DNA of 64,000 nucleotides from Fibrobacteria bacterium (GCA_037447435.1 JBBIGR010000004.1:139415-203414); one strand, 5' to 3'; numbered from the stretch's first letter, positions 20,274-31,823 are shown. The notes: generated by a model not told the origin, from the sequence alone. Made by a program: numbers and translations.

Positions 20274-21100
20274 TACTCGCGTTCCTTGTTTGAAAGCGGG
20301 AATAATGCAAGAGCAAGTTGATAGACGCCGGTAGGTTCGGTATCGGACGTCGCCAAGGAAATCAGTTCGTTTCTAAACTGTTTTATTCGTTGACATATCT
20401 GATTAAACCGCTCCTCGGAAATACTCATGGTGATTGTGGAAATATCCCGTTGCTTTGCATCAACGCTGTTGAGCGCTCCTTTAGCAAGGTCAAGAGAATC
20501 CATCTGGAATTGCCGTACGGCAACAGAATGCCATATATCGCCGGTGGAAATCGCCTGCTTTACTTGTTTGTATAAGCCGTCCTTGTTTTTTTCAATAAGA
20601 CCAAGCCGGCATAAAAGCTCTATTGACTGTTGAGCCTCTTTAGGCGTTATCGCGGGCTGCAGCAAATGCGCTATTCTGCGGAAATCGTCGTTTATTTTTT
20701 TGACAGCCACAAGTTCGCGAATAGCGGAATGATACCATTTTGAATAAAATTCATACGATGCAGGCTGGACAATTGCTTTTTGAGGTTCTTGAAGACGCAC
20801 CAAGGCATCAAGAAACTGCTTCTTTTCAACATGGGTTTTGGCCTGATTGAAATGGACAAGTCCTATGAAAAACTCGGTTTCTTTAGCATCGAGGCCAATT
20901 ATTTGGGCAAAAAGCGGTATTTTCTTTTTGGAAAGATTTCGTTTGCCCTGAATAATCCAGGTGATATGCCCCGGCGATTTCATGCCGACACGTTCTGCAA
21001 TATAACGGTAGGTAAAACAAGGTTTTTTCGCTTTTATCGCTTTTTGTGCATCGGCAATAAAAACCCGGAAATCCAGATAATCAAATACGCTTGGTGTCAT
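20273..21100 (-). CDS. TIGR02147 family protein (N-terminal HTH plus DUF4423-like domain)
   Basis: VFDYLDFR, FTYRYIAERVG, QGKRNLS, FNQAKT, FYSKWYHSAIREL, RDISTIT, VYQLALALFPLS. The stop overlaps the next ATG (TAATG). Confidence 0.88.
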   Translation of the reverse strand: MTPSVFDYLDFRVFIADAQKAIKAKKPCFTYRYIAERVGMKSPGHITWIIQGKRNLSKKKIPLFAQIIGLDAKETEFFIGLVHFNQAKTHVEKKQFLDALVRLQEPQKAIVQPASYEFYSKWYHSAIRELVAVKKINDDFRRIAHLLQPAITPKEAQQSIELLCRLGLIEKNKDGLYKQVKQAISTGDIWHSVAVRQFQMDSLDLAKGALNSVDAKQRDISTITMSISEERFNQICQRIKQFRNELISLATSDTEPTGVYQLALALFPLSNKERE

Positions 21101-21269
21101 ATGCGTCCTTATGCTTTGGCCCCAACCTATAATATACCACAATCTCTACAATAATTCATCAACTATTTCAATAAAAATGTAAACAAATATTAGGTTTTTT
21201 AGGGTAAAAAACCGATTTTTTCCAATTCAAAACGGTAGTAATTTTGTGAACAATAAAATACAGGGAGGA

Positions 21270-21295
21270 GTAGAGACGCAGCATGCTGCGTCTCT
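21270..21295. repeat. GTAG-type REP-like palindrome
   Basis: GTAG overlapping a perfect 24-bp palindrome AGAGACGCAGCATGCTGCGTCTCT, just downstream of galM. Confidence 0.65.
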
Positions 21296-21324
21296 CGAAA
21301 ACCCGCGCAGTGTAAATACAACAA

Positions 21325-22491
<1,167 letters not shown>

Positions 22492-22510
22492 GGGAACACT
22501 TCCTTTTACG

Positions 22511-23953
22511 TTAGAAGCCATATGCCAATTTGATCATAAAATACCAATCTTTATCCGATGTCAAGTTGTCACCGTAATCGCCGTAACGCGGATCCGACAA
22601 ATTGATAATCGCATGCCGGTGATCGCGGGCAACCTGGGCGATTACCTGGACATTGTTTCCAATTGATTTTTTGGCATAAACCGACCATTTCACATAATGG
22701 ACATAGGAGCTGTCCATACCGGTACGCTCGCCGACAGCCGGAGAATACGGAATGGGTAAACGACTCCCCTTACCGAGAATTTGATTATAATAATCGTTAT
22801 AGTAGCGGTTTTTGAAATATTCAAACTCCAGCGACAAAACGTCGAGGAACTTGAAGGTCGGAACATTGAAACCGAGCATAATGGGCATTCGCTCAAAGAA
22901 AAGATCGTAGCGAATGGTCGAGTCTTTATATATAGGATAATCTTTTAATCCAAGAACAGCCAGTTCACCGTATACCTTGCAATCCTCGGAACCGAACAGG
23001 TGAAACGGAATCAACGGCTTCGGATCAAAAGTACCGTGCACCATGATTTTTGTCCCGGCAAAAGAATAAAAGGTCGTGTCCCCCACGGTGATTGGAATGC
23101 CATTTTTGTCAACGCCATCCCTGATGTTTTTAATTTCGGATATGGTTCTGCTGTCATGGGGCGTCGTATTGTTTTCATCGACCGAAAACATCCGTTGCCC
23201 GCTTATCCCGCCGCCCAATGTAAAAACGGATTTCCAAATGTTCATAGAAAACAGATAAGATAGAGATATGTCCTCATAAGGAAAGATTTCGGTTTCGCTG
23301 GTCAACAGCAAATTATGGGTGAAAGAAAAATCGGCGTTATTTTTCAAAATGGAATTTTCAATATTGAAACCGAGCAACCGATTCATCGGGAAATCGAAAT
23401 TATTCGTTATGATTGTGGGGTAACATTGACTTCGGAACATATATTCGCCAAGGTTCATTGCCTCCTGATTGTATTTGAACTTAAAATACCCGGCTTGTAA
23501 AGTCAGGGGAAATGCGCCTTTCAACGGATTATACGTCAAATCCGCCCGGTCGATAATCATATTGATACCGGGTAAATACGAAGGACCGTTGTTCTGAGCT
23601 ACCGTTGTCGAATATTGATACCAAATCTCGGTCCCGACATCGATATGAAGCCGATCATTGACAGGCGCGCTCAAATCGAGCCGGGTTTCGAATCGTTCCT
23701 GCCACCGGTGGTCGAGTTCTTCCGGACCGTAATACCCGTGCATTATTTCTCCGAATTCCATCCAGCCGAATCCGGAAATCTTCAGGTCGCTTAACGATAC
23801 CGGTTTTTCTATATTTGGTTTGACCGTGTCGGCAATATCAACGCGGCTATAAGAAGGTTTGACCGTGTCGACAGTATCGGACTGGGCAAATGATCTCAAA
23901 GAAAATAAAAGAATGAGACTTGCGGACAGGGTGATGAAAAACGTTTTCTTCAT
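22511..23953 (-). CDS. Putative outer-membrane beta-barrel protein of unknown function
   Basis: Signal peptide (...SFA/Q), alternating aromatic beta strands, C-terminal WYFMIKLAYGF (BAM beta-signal). Confidence 0.65.
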   Translation of the reverse strand: MKKTFFITLSASLILLFSLRSFAQSDTVDTVKPSYSRVDIADTVKPNIEKPVSLSDLKISGFGWMEFGEIMHGYYGPEELDHRWQERFETRLDLSAPVNDRLHIDVGTEIWYQYSTTVAQNNGPSYLPGINMIIDRADLTYNPLKGAFPLTLQAGYFKFKYNQEAMNLGEYMFRSQCYPTIITNNFDFPMNRLLGFNIENSILKNNADFSFTHNLLLTSETEIFPYEDISLSYLFSMNIWKSVFTLGGGISGQRMFSVDENNTTPHDSRTISEIKNIRDGVDKNGIPITVGDTTFYSFAGTKIMVHGTFDPKPLIPFHLFGSEDCKVYGELAVLGLKDYPIYKDSTIRYDLFFERMPIMLGFNVPTFKFLDVLSLEFEYFKNRYYNDYYNQILGKGSRLPIPYSPAVGERTGMDSSYVHYVKWSVYAKKSIGNNVQVIAQVARDHRHAIINLSDPRYGDYGDNLTSDKDWYFMIKLAYGF

Positions 23954-24023
23954 GTAAGCGCCTCCTCAGCAGAGATTTTTTAAATTCATGGAATTCAACA
24001 AAATGCAAACCGGTTTAGAGATC

Positions 24024-24064
24024 CGGAATTACATGTTTTCCTGTTGGCAAAGCATGTAATTCCG
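24024..24064. terminator. Intergenic stem-loop between the GH31 and beta-barrel genes
   Basis: cggaattacatg...catgtaattccg with 12-bp arms. The T tract is on the + strand, antisense to the genes. Confidence 0.5.
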
Positions 24065-24083
24065 TTTTTTGATCGGATCGGTA

Positions 24084-26807
24084 CTATCTCACGACAAGGA
24101 TTTTTTTCAAAACCGTACAATCGCCGCTCGAAAGACGGACAAAACAAACACCCTGCGCAAGATTACCCGTAGTCAATGAAAGTGTCTGTTCGCCCTGGGA
24201 AAGCGCCGACAATTTGAATTCCTTTACGACAGCACCTGAACCTGCAATCAATTTGACCGACAGCCCGTTATTTCCGGAAAAGGAAATGGGAATGAGCAGA
24301 CGCCCCGCATTCAACCGTATATTGGTCGATTTAAGAAAAACAGAGGACGGTCTCCGGACAACGCCGGTTGTTGAGGAAATTCTGACCGTACCGGCGGCAA
24401 AAGGAGACACGACCTTGACAAGCACCTGTTTTGCGACGTTGTCCCAGGCCCAGGCCGGTGCAGCCGCAGATGCCAACGCCGAAACGACAACTTTATTAGG
24501 AGAAATGTCGCCCGATTGCACGGACACCGACACAGGAGTCCATGAAATAGTATGGAATACGAAGGTACCGTTGCTGTCGGCAGCCGGCGTATAGGATCCT
24601 TGTTTGGCACCTACGGTTACTTGTTCGTCGGCATTTGTAGACATATGCGTATACACGATGTCGCGGTATTGGCCTTTTTCGTAATCATACGTCACACCGT
24701 CGTCGTCGAAATATTCAAAGGTTCCGTTTGCGCCGCCATAGACATGAAACGACACGGGAACAATGGCATTATTCGTGTTTTGAGTTATCGGATAATTATT
24801 CAGGTACGACACGACTTTCTGGGTCGGAATGATCGCACCTTGCTTTACCAGCACCGGAATCGTATCGGTATTGACCCCAATCGCAGTGGCCGCGCCGCCG
24901 ACGTATGTTGCATCAGTCCAGTAATTCACCCAATTTCCCTGGGGCAAATATACCGATTTTGTTGTCGCGGTATAACCGGATACTACCGGGCTGACAAGAA
25001 AATTATCGCCGAACATCCAAGAGTCTATGCTTTGGGCAACGGTATTATCCGCCGGATAATCCATGACAAGCGGCCGGACAAGGGGAATGCCGTCGCGATG
25101 AAGTTTCCAATATGCCGAATAGATATAGGGAATCAAGGCATATCTGAGTTTTATGTATTTGGTCGCCACCCGTTCGGCGACGCCGCCGTCGGCAGGATTA
25201 TTGGAATATTTCGACGTATATCCGCTCGTGTAAACCCAAGGTTGTCTCTGACAACCTTCGTTACCATGAACGCGGTATATGGGCGTGAAGGCCCCGAATT
25301 GCATCCAATGGAGGTAATCGGCAGAAGACGGATCGGTTTTGAACCCGCCGATATCCTGTCCCCACCAAGCTCCGCCGACATTGACACTCGACAGCATGAA
25401 CAAACGGTTATCCTGCAATGACTGGTTTGAGCATTCGATATCGCCGGACCAATTGCCAAACGCGTATTTTTGGGCTCCGGCAAAATACGATCTGTTAAGG
25501 GACCAAACCCGGTTATTATGGTATTGCGGCAAACCGGCAGTCGAATCGTACCGTTGACCCATATAGAGACTTTTTTGCATATTCAAGGGCTCGAACGGAT
25601 CGCTTATATTATTGCAGGCTTCAGCCTCGTCGTTCCAATACGCAATCATACCTCTGCCGTAAGAATCCCAGGCAGGATTGACAAATTTTTCCCAATACGT
25701 TTTACGAATCGCAGGATCGGCAAAATTGCCGCAATTTCCCCATTGTTTACTTCCGGCCCAAATACCGTGCGGTTTTCTGATTCCGATGAATTTTACGCCT
25801 TGCCCATCCGCCCACCGCTTAAGATCGCCACCTGTCGAAGCATTGTAATTGGCAGACGCGGAAGGAAAAGCCTTGGTCACTTCCCATTGAAAATCACCGT
25901 CTGTCCCGCCAAGGGCATTATTATAATTAAACCAGTCGTAATCAAAAATGAAACCGTCGAGCGGAATATTTTTAGATCGATATGTTTGAACAATTGTTTT
26001 TAATTCTGTTTCGTCGAGTCCCCATTCCGAATTCATAAATCCGCATGTCCAACGGGGCGGAACCGGATACGAACCCGAGGCTTTATAATAACCGGACATG
26101 ATCTGAAGCGGAGTTCCTGCCATAAGGAAGAAAAGGCAGTTTGTGTTTGCGCATGCAGGGCTCGTACTGCTTCTTGTTATATTTAAAGTCGTCGCATTTG
26201 CAAAATTAAAGTCGCCGCGTTCCGCATCAACAAAAATTCCGAAACCTTTCGTCGTCCAGGTAAACGGAGACGTACCTCGTCCTTCATTTGTCGCGGTACT
26301 GTTAAACAACGTAACGTCGCCCGACTGAACAAGTCCTTTACTTGGGTCGTAATCATCGTCGTAGGTGACATTGTTAAGTCCATAATAATTTCCCGCTATT
26401 ATTGTTCCTTTCAGGGAATATTGACCTATCGAGGTCGAACTGAACAAAATTGTTCCGGCATTATTTTTGAAAACAATACCAAAAGCAGCTTTTGCGATAG
26501 TTACCGAATAATTCGGTCCCGTCAATATTATAGGGTCGCCAGCCTGATTAATATTAGTAAATGATAAGGTTGAACTGTAATTGGCATCCATGATATCGCT
26601 GACATTCGAACCGGCGTTGGATTGGCGATATTCCACCCGCACCATATTCTCGGTAGCAGGCGAAAAATCCACGGCACTCCCATTAGACAACATGCAACGC
26701 ACGGTATTGCCGGTAACGGTTACCGTTGATACGGATTGTGCATGTACCCAACCGGCACAAACACCAAAAAGAAATGCAAAAAGCATTATTCGATTCAGCT
26801 TCATCAT
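24084..26807 (-). CDS. Secreted GH31 alpha-glucosidase or alpha-glucosyltransferase with a DUF5110-like domain and a C-terminal sorting-like tail
   Basis: PPRW, IPLDGFIFDYDW, nucleophile motif YWNDE, WSGDI, acid/base region GQDIGGF, WMQFGAFTPIYRVHG, RPLVMDYP, YLPQGNW, DDDGVTYDY. Confidence 0.93.
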   Translation of the reverse strand: MMKLNRIMLFAFLFGVCAGWVHAQSVSTVTVTGNTVRCMLSNGSAVDFSPATENMVRVEYRQSNAGSNVSDIMDANYSSTLSFTNINQAGDPIILTGPNYSVTIAKAAFGIVFKNNAGTILFSSTSIGQYSLKGTIIAGNYYGLNNVTYDDDYDPSKGLVQSGDVTLFNSTATNEGRGTSPFTWTTKGFGIFVDAERGDFNFANATTLNITRSSTSPACANTNCLFFLMAGTPLQIMSGYYKASGSYPVPPRWTCGFMNSEWGLDETELKTIVQTYRSKNIPLDGFIFDYDWFNYNNALGGTDGDFQWEVTKAFPSASANYNASTGGDLKRWADGQGVKFIGIRKPHGIWAGSKQWGNCGNFADPAIRKTYWEKFVNPAWDSYGRGMIAYWNDEAEACNNISDPFEPLNMQKSLYMGQRYDSTAGLPQYHNNRVWSLNRSYFAGAQKYAFGNWSGDIECSNQSLQDNRLFMLSSVNVGGAWWGQDIGGFKTDPSSADYLHWMQFGAFTPIYRVHGNEGCQRQPWVYTSGYTSKYSNNPADGGVAERVATKYIKLRYALIPYIYSAYWKLHRDGIPLVRPLVMDYPADNTVAQSIDSWMFGDNFLVSPVVSGYTATTKSVYLPQGNWVNYWTDATYVGGAATAIGVNTDTIPVLVKQGAIIPTQKVVSYLNNYPITQNTNNAIVPVSFHVYGGANGTFEYFDDDGVTYDYEKGQYRDIVYTHMSTNADEQVTVGAKQGSYTPAADSNGTFVFHTISWTPVSVSVQSGDISPNKVVVSALASAAAPAWAWDNVAKQVLVKVVSPFAAGTVRISSTTGVVRRPSSVFLKSTNIRLNAGRLLIPISFSGNNGLSVKLIAGSGAVVKEFKLSALSQGEQTLSLTTGNLAQGVCFVRLSSGDCTVLKKILVVR

Positions 26808-27325
26808 ATACCACCTCTCTTGAATTGGTTGAATCTGTAAAAAGATTGGCTAATAGATTTATGGCTTTCCAAGGGTATCGATTGCCATTCAATGGAAACA
26901 GCTTTGAAAAATATACGAATTTTTTTTTAACAAACCATCATTTTTTGACTAATTATGTGAACAGAATTTTCATTTAAACCTTAAAATGACAGATATTATC
27001 GATTTTTAAACATTTTAAACATTTCATTTTGTGAACAAAAAGTGAAAACAGGAAATATCGAGACGGAATTGCGATTAATTTGTTCACTTATTTTAATTGG
27101 ATTATCATAATAACAAACTTAAAAAACGATATATTAGCATATTAATCGGTATATTAGTTCACATTTTTTTATAATTATTAATGCTTTATTTATTTTTTTT
27201 TGGTATATTTACCAGTATCTCATTGAAAGTTTGGAAGATTGCGGTTATCATAATACAGCACAAGGATGTTTACGCGATTAAATGAGGTAGGTTTAAAGTT
27301 TGATTTTTGAAAGGATGGCTTCCGT
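26808..27325. promoter_or_regulatory. AT-rich divergent promoter region carrying four GTGAAC/GTTCAC motifs
   Basis: atgtgaacag at 26955, ttgtgaacaa at 27029, ttgttcactt at 27080, tagttcacat at 27155. Confidence 0.55.
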
Positions 27326-28642
27326 ATGAAGCTTACAAAAAGTATTAAAAAAATTAGTATAATTCAATTTTTTCTGCTTATAACTGCAGTCTCAGTTCCG
27401 GCAAAATCCCTTTATGTCCACTATATGCCCTGGTTTCAAAGCAAAGGCATAAGTGGCAATTGGACTCATTGGGGTGACACGATTCCAAATCAAACATCCC
27501 ATCTTACTCCATTAATTGGACTATATGATTCTCGAGACCCTGATGTTTTGGAATATCAGGTTCTTTTAATGAAATATGCCGGTTTAGACGGCTTATTTAT
27601 GGACTGGTATGGTTCAACCGGCAATGGCCCCGAATATGGAACGCAACCAATATTTCAAATTTTAGCAAAGGCAGGATTGAAATATGCAATTGTATGGGAA
27701 GACAGGTGGGTGAACAATCAGGGTGGGGCAACTCCGGTATTACAATTTATGGAAAACAATTTTTTCAAAACAGCCAATTACGTAAAGATTTCAAACCGGC
27801 CCCTCTTGCTTGTTTGGCAAATAACCTACACAACTGGCGCACAATGGACATCGAACATGAATTCCACTTCATTTCAAAACAAACCAATTCTTATTACCCG
27901 AGATAATCCATTGACACCTGCGGCTGAAGGTGCATATAGTTGGATAGATGCCGGCGGCGGTACGGCAAAAGCAGTATCCAACCTTGACGCCTTCATAGGA
28001 AATACCTGGACCTATGTAATACCGACTGCACTTCCCCGCTTTTGGGATGATTATGCCGGATTTTCCTACGGCACCATTGATGATCAGTCTGGTAAAATGT
28101 TCGTGAATACCCTCACCGATTGCATGGAAAGCGGCAAAGATATATCCCAAATAGCAACATGGAACGACTGGCAGGAAGGAACTGTCATAGAACCTTCAAC
28201 TTTGTATGGATATCGCGACCTTGAAGTGATTCAAACAATGCGAAAAAAATATATCGACCCCAACTTTTCTTTTCTGCCAACCGATTTGCGTTTGCCCGAT
28301 ACGCTTTTCCGATTGCGAAGGCAATTCAAGGGAAATGCTGGAAAAACAGCCCATTTGGACAGCGCTGCAAATGCCCTTTTTCAGGGTAACCCTGTGAATG
28401 GGCGGAAAATCCTCCAAAATTTGCCCCCGGTTTCTGCAATAGAAAACAGTGGTTCTCATACAAAAATTCCGATTGGTTCTTCTACGGCAACCGTTTTTGA
28501 TATACAAGGAAGAAAAATCTTAAGCCCCGATTTGCAGCAAGCGAATGCAGGGCTTTTAATAAAGCGGTTACCCTCCGGCGTATACATAATGAAAAAAAAC
28601 CAAAATGCGTCTATGAGGAGATTTATAACAGCCGATCGATAA
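27326..28642 (+). CDS. Secreted GH99/GH71-like glycoside hydrolase with a C-terminal sorting-like tail
   Basis: YVHYMPWF, PLIGLYDSRDPDVLEYQVLLMKYAGLDG..DWYG, QIATWNDWQEGTVIEP. Tail VFDIQGRK...LPSGVY. Confidence 0.85.
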   Translation: MKLTKSIKKISIIQFFLLITAVSVPAKSLYVHYMPWFQSKGISGNWTHWGDTIPNQTSHLTPLIGLYDSRDPDVLEYQVLLMKYAGLDGLFMDWYGSTGNGPEYGTQPIFQILAKAGLKYAIVWEDRWVNNQGGATPVLQFMENNFFKTANYVKISNRPLLLVWQITYTTGAQWTSNMNSTSFQNKPILITRDNPLTPAAEGAYSWIDAGGGTAKAVSNLDAFIGNTWTYVIPTALPRFWDDYAGFSYGTIDDQSGKMFVNTLTDCMESGKDISQIATWNDWQEGTVIEPSTLYGYRDLEVIQTMRKKYIDPNFSFLPTDLRLPDTLFRLRRQFKGNAGKTAHLDSAANALFQGNPVNGRKILQNLPPVSAIENSGSHTKIPIGSSTATVFDIQGRKILSPDLQQANAGLLIKRLPSGVYIMKKNQNASMRRFITADR

Positions 28643-28696
28643 TTGAAAACGTATGTTCCGATTTCACACGCTAACCGATATTCATGGGAGATAAAA

Positions 28697-31600
28697 ATGA
28701 GAATCAATTTCCGGATTAAGCCTTTGGCCTTTGCCGCAGCGACATTCGTTTCCCTCTTTGTCTATGGTCAAATTATGGCCGCAACGGATTATGAAGCTGA
28801 AAATGCCGTCCTCGCGGGTGGGGCAAACGTGAGCACCGAACATACGGGTTTTAGCGGAACCGGATATGTTCAGGGCTATGACCTTGGAAACGTCAGTGCC
28901 TCCACTGTCTTTTCGGTCAATGCCGATGCCGCCGGATATTACGACATCACGCTTCGCTATGGAAACGGCTATGGCGCAAGCTCCCTTTCGGTGTATGTTA
29001 ATAACGTAAAAGCTGTTGTCACCCAACTCGCCTCAACCGGATCATGGACGGATTGGAGCACAAAAAAAGAAACGTTTCTATTAAAAAGCGGCGCAAATAC
29101 GATTACCTATAAATACGATACCGGCGATCTGGCCCGGATCAATCTTGACAAAATTACAGTGCAACCGACAACGGATCTAAAGCCGGACTTGTTGATCAGC
29201 GATATTTCATGGACGCCCTCAGCTCCCAAGGAAGGCGATGCAGTAACCTTTACGGCAACAATTCAAAACAGCGGGAACGCGCCTTCACCCGCAATCTTGC
29301 ATAAGGTCCTTTTCAAAATCAATAATCAGAACATAGCGACGGCAACCGATCAAACTAAAGCGATAGCAGTTGGCACCAGCGCAACGGCAACGGCAACAAC
29401 CACGTGGACAGCCGCCCATGGAAGTTATTCCGTCATGGCCATTGCCGATCCCGATACGACAATCGCCGAGTTCAATGAAAGCAATAATTCATTTACCAAG
29501 ATAATTACCCTTAGTCAACTCCAAGGGCCCGACCTTTTGATCCAGTCGATTTCCTGGTCCCCGTCAAATCCCGCTGCCGGAAGTCCGGTGAGCTTTAAAG
29601 TTATCATTCAAAATCAAGGTCTCGACGCAACTTCAGCCAATGCCGTATCCGTAAACCTGAGTATCAATTCATCCCAAACGCTGACCGGTACGTTAACCGG
29701 CCAGCTCGCCGCCGGCGCAAGCGCAACGGTCGCTATGACAGGGACTTGGACTGCGGTAAAAGGAACCGTTGTTCTCGTCGCCACCGTTGACCCGCAAAAC
29801 GCAATTTCCGAATCATTTGAAGGGAACAATTCCCTTACCCAGAAATTTTTCATCGGACGCGGAGCTCAAGTGCCCTGGATAGAATATCAAGCGGAAGACG
29901 GAATATTGGCCGGAGGCGCCAAAGTTGTCGGACCGTCACGCGTCTATGGAACGCCGGCAGGAGAAGCTTCCGGGCGTAAAGCAGTATTGCTAGACCAAAC
30001 CAATGCTTCGGTTTCCTGGATAGCAAGCGCCTCTGCGAACTCCATCGTGATTCGCAACTGCATTCCGGACGCTCACGGCGGCGGGGGCATCACGACGCCG
30101 ATAGGCTTGTATATCAACGGGCAACATAAGGCCGATATAACACTTTCGTCCGAGCACAGTTGGCTTTACGGGAAAGATAATGATCCGCAAACCGAGAACC
30201 CCTCAAACGGCCAGGCCAGAAAAATTTATGATGAATCCCGGATGCTGTTCAAGGATTTCAGTATCTCGGTCGGGGATACCGTGATGCTTCGGAAAGACGC
30301 CTCGGACAACGCGGCGTACAACTACATTGATTTTATAGATCTTGAGCAGGTTGCCCCGCCCATTCCTATTCCAACGGGCTACATTTCGATCACCGATGCA
30401 AACCAGACATGGAAACCCGCGGTCCCCGACGACAGCAGCGGCTGCGACAATGCGCTATACATGTGCATGACCCAGGCGCAAAACGGTAAATATGCCGGCG
30501 TGTACATTCCGCCAGGCACGTTTATCCAAAAGCAAAAACAGCAGGCTGCCGGCGTGAAGATCCAGGGAGCGGGAATGTGGTATTCAATGCTGTATTGTCC
30601 GGACAAAAATGAGGGAGATTGGGGTACGACTGGATTTATCATTACCGGTGACAATAACGAATTCCGCGACTTTTCTCTTTACGGTTGGGGCGGCGCCCGT
30701 ACCGTAGGCGGTAAGGCGTTTTGCAGCAATTCCCATAAAAATATGGTCCTGGAACGGATGTGGATTGAGCACGTAACCTGCGCCTACTGGGTCGGCGGCG
30801 GCGGCGAATCGACCAACCTGCATGTCAAGGACTGTCGAATCCGGAACACCGGTGCAGACGGCATCAACCTGTGCAACGGCAGCCTGAATTGCCTGATTGA
30901 AAATTGTCATGCAAGAAACACCGGGGACGATGGATTTGCAATATGGTCGGCCACGGATGGTTATGGACACCCTTGCACCAATAACATTATTCGAAATTGC
31001 ACCGTCGAATTTCCATGGCGAGCTGCCTGTTTTGCGATTTACGGCGGCGACGGAAACCGCATTGAGAATTGCCTCGGCATTGACGCGCTTACCTATCCCG
31101 GTTTAACAGTCAGTAGTGAATTCAATCCGCATCCCATGGACTCGGCAACGGTAGACGGCATCACGCTGATCCGATGCGGAGCGCATTATTTCATCGGTTA
31201 CGATTACGAAGGATATTTCGGTGCAATTTGGCTGAGGGCCGATTTACCGAATACGAACGGAATAACGATCAGAAATGCCGACGTCATTGACCCGTCTTAT
31301 TCGGGAATCCAATTCCAAGGAGCAGGTACTTTTAGCAATTTACTTTTAGAAAACGTCACCGTTTCCAACCCAACTACCGACTGCATTGAAGTAAAAGCGG
31401 GAACAACCGGGAGCGCTACTCTGCGCAATGTGCAATTGGTAAGCGATGCGAATAATGTTCCGCGAACGGTCAATAATGCCAGTGCAACTTTTAAAATTAC
31501 CGAAGAGGGCGTCGGCGTTTTATCACCGTACGCATTTTCCAAATTTGCAAATCCGATAGTTTCCCAACGAGGAGCAAAAATAATTATAGAATTCACGGTT

Positions 31601-31807
31601 CCTCAGGGTGCTGCGATAGGAAAATCCGTAAAAATTTCCATGTTCCAGGTAAATGGGAAACGCCTCTGTCTGTACGACCAGCAATTCTCTTCCGGAAATC
31701 ACCGGTTGATCGTAGACCGCAACTCAATCGGTAAATCTGCGGGGTTTTATATTTTGAGCATCGAACAGAACGGAAACAAGCAATTGTTCCCGGTTATTTT
31801 CAAGTAA
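28697..31807 (+). CDS. Secreted GH87-like alpha-1,3-glucanase/mycodextranase (CBM35, 2x CARDB, beta-helix catalytic domain, C-terminal tail)
   Basis: YEAENA...GFSGTGYV (CBM6/35), two PDLLI...E..E.NN CARDB repeats, GEASGRKAV, IPDAHGGGG, IDFIDLEQV, IRNTGADGIN, RNTGDDGFAIW. Start at MRINF with SD ggag. Confidence 0.85.
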   Translation: MRINFRIKPLAFAAATFVSLFVYGQIMAATDYEAENAVLAGGANVSTEHTGFSGTGYVQGYDLGNVSASTVFSVNADAAGYYDITLRYGNGYGASSLSVYVNNVKAVVTQLASTGSWTDWSTKKETFLLKSGANTITYKYDTGDLARINLDKITVQPTTDLKPDLLISDISWTPSAPKEGDAVTFTATIQNSGNAPSPAILHKVLFKINNQNIATATDQTKAIAVGTSATATATTTWTAAHGSYSVMAIADPDTTIAEFNESNNSFTKIITLSQLQGPDLLIQSISWSPSNPAAGSPVSFKVIIQNQGLDATSANAVSVNLSINSSQTLTGTLTGQLAAGASATVAMTGTWTAVKGTVVLVATVDPQNAISESFEGNNSLTQKFFIGRGAQVPWIEYQAEDGILAGGAKVVGPSRVYGTPAGEASGRKAVLLDQTNASVSWIASASANSIVIRNCIPDAHGGGGITTPIGLYINGQHKADITLSSEHSWLYGKDNDPQTENPSNGQARKIYDESRMLFKDFSISVGDTVMLRKDASDNAAYNYIDFIDLEQVAPPIPIPTGYISITDANQTWKPAVPDDSSGCDNALYMCMTQAQNGKYAGVYIPPGTFIQKQKQQAAGVKIQGAGMWYSMLYCPDKNEGDWGTTGFIITGDNNEFRDFSLYGWGGARTVGGKAFCSNSHKNMVLERMWIEHVTCAYWVGGGGESTNLHVKDCRIRNTGADGINLCNGSLNCLIENCHARNTGDDGFAIWSATDGYGHPCTNNIIRNCTVEFPWRAACFAIYGGDGNRIENCLGIDALTYPGLTVSSEFNPHPMDSATVDGITLIRCGAHYFIGYDYEGYFGAIWLRADLPNTNGITIRNADVIDPSYSGIQFQGAGTFSNLLLENVTVSNPTTDCIEVKAGTTGSATLRNVQLVSDANNVPRTVNNASATFKITEEGVGVLSPYAFSKFANPIVSQRGAKIIIEFTVPQGAAIGKSVKISMFQVNGKRLCLYDQQFSSGNHRLIVDRNSIGKSAGFYILSIEQNGNKQLFPVIFK

Positions 31808-31823
31808 CGGTTCTTGTTTTACA

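Noticed and set aside
24552..25421. 289-aa plus-strand ORF
   Set aside because: Antisense to the GH31 catalytic region with no recognisable features.
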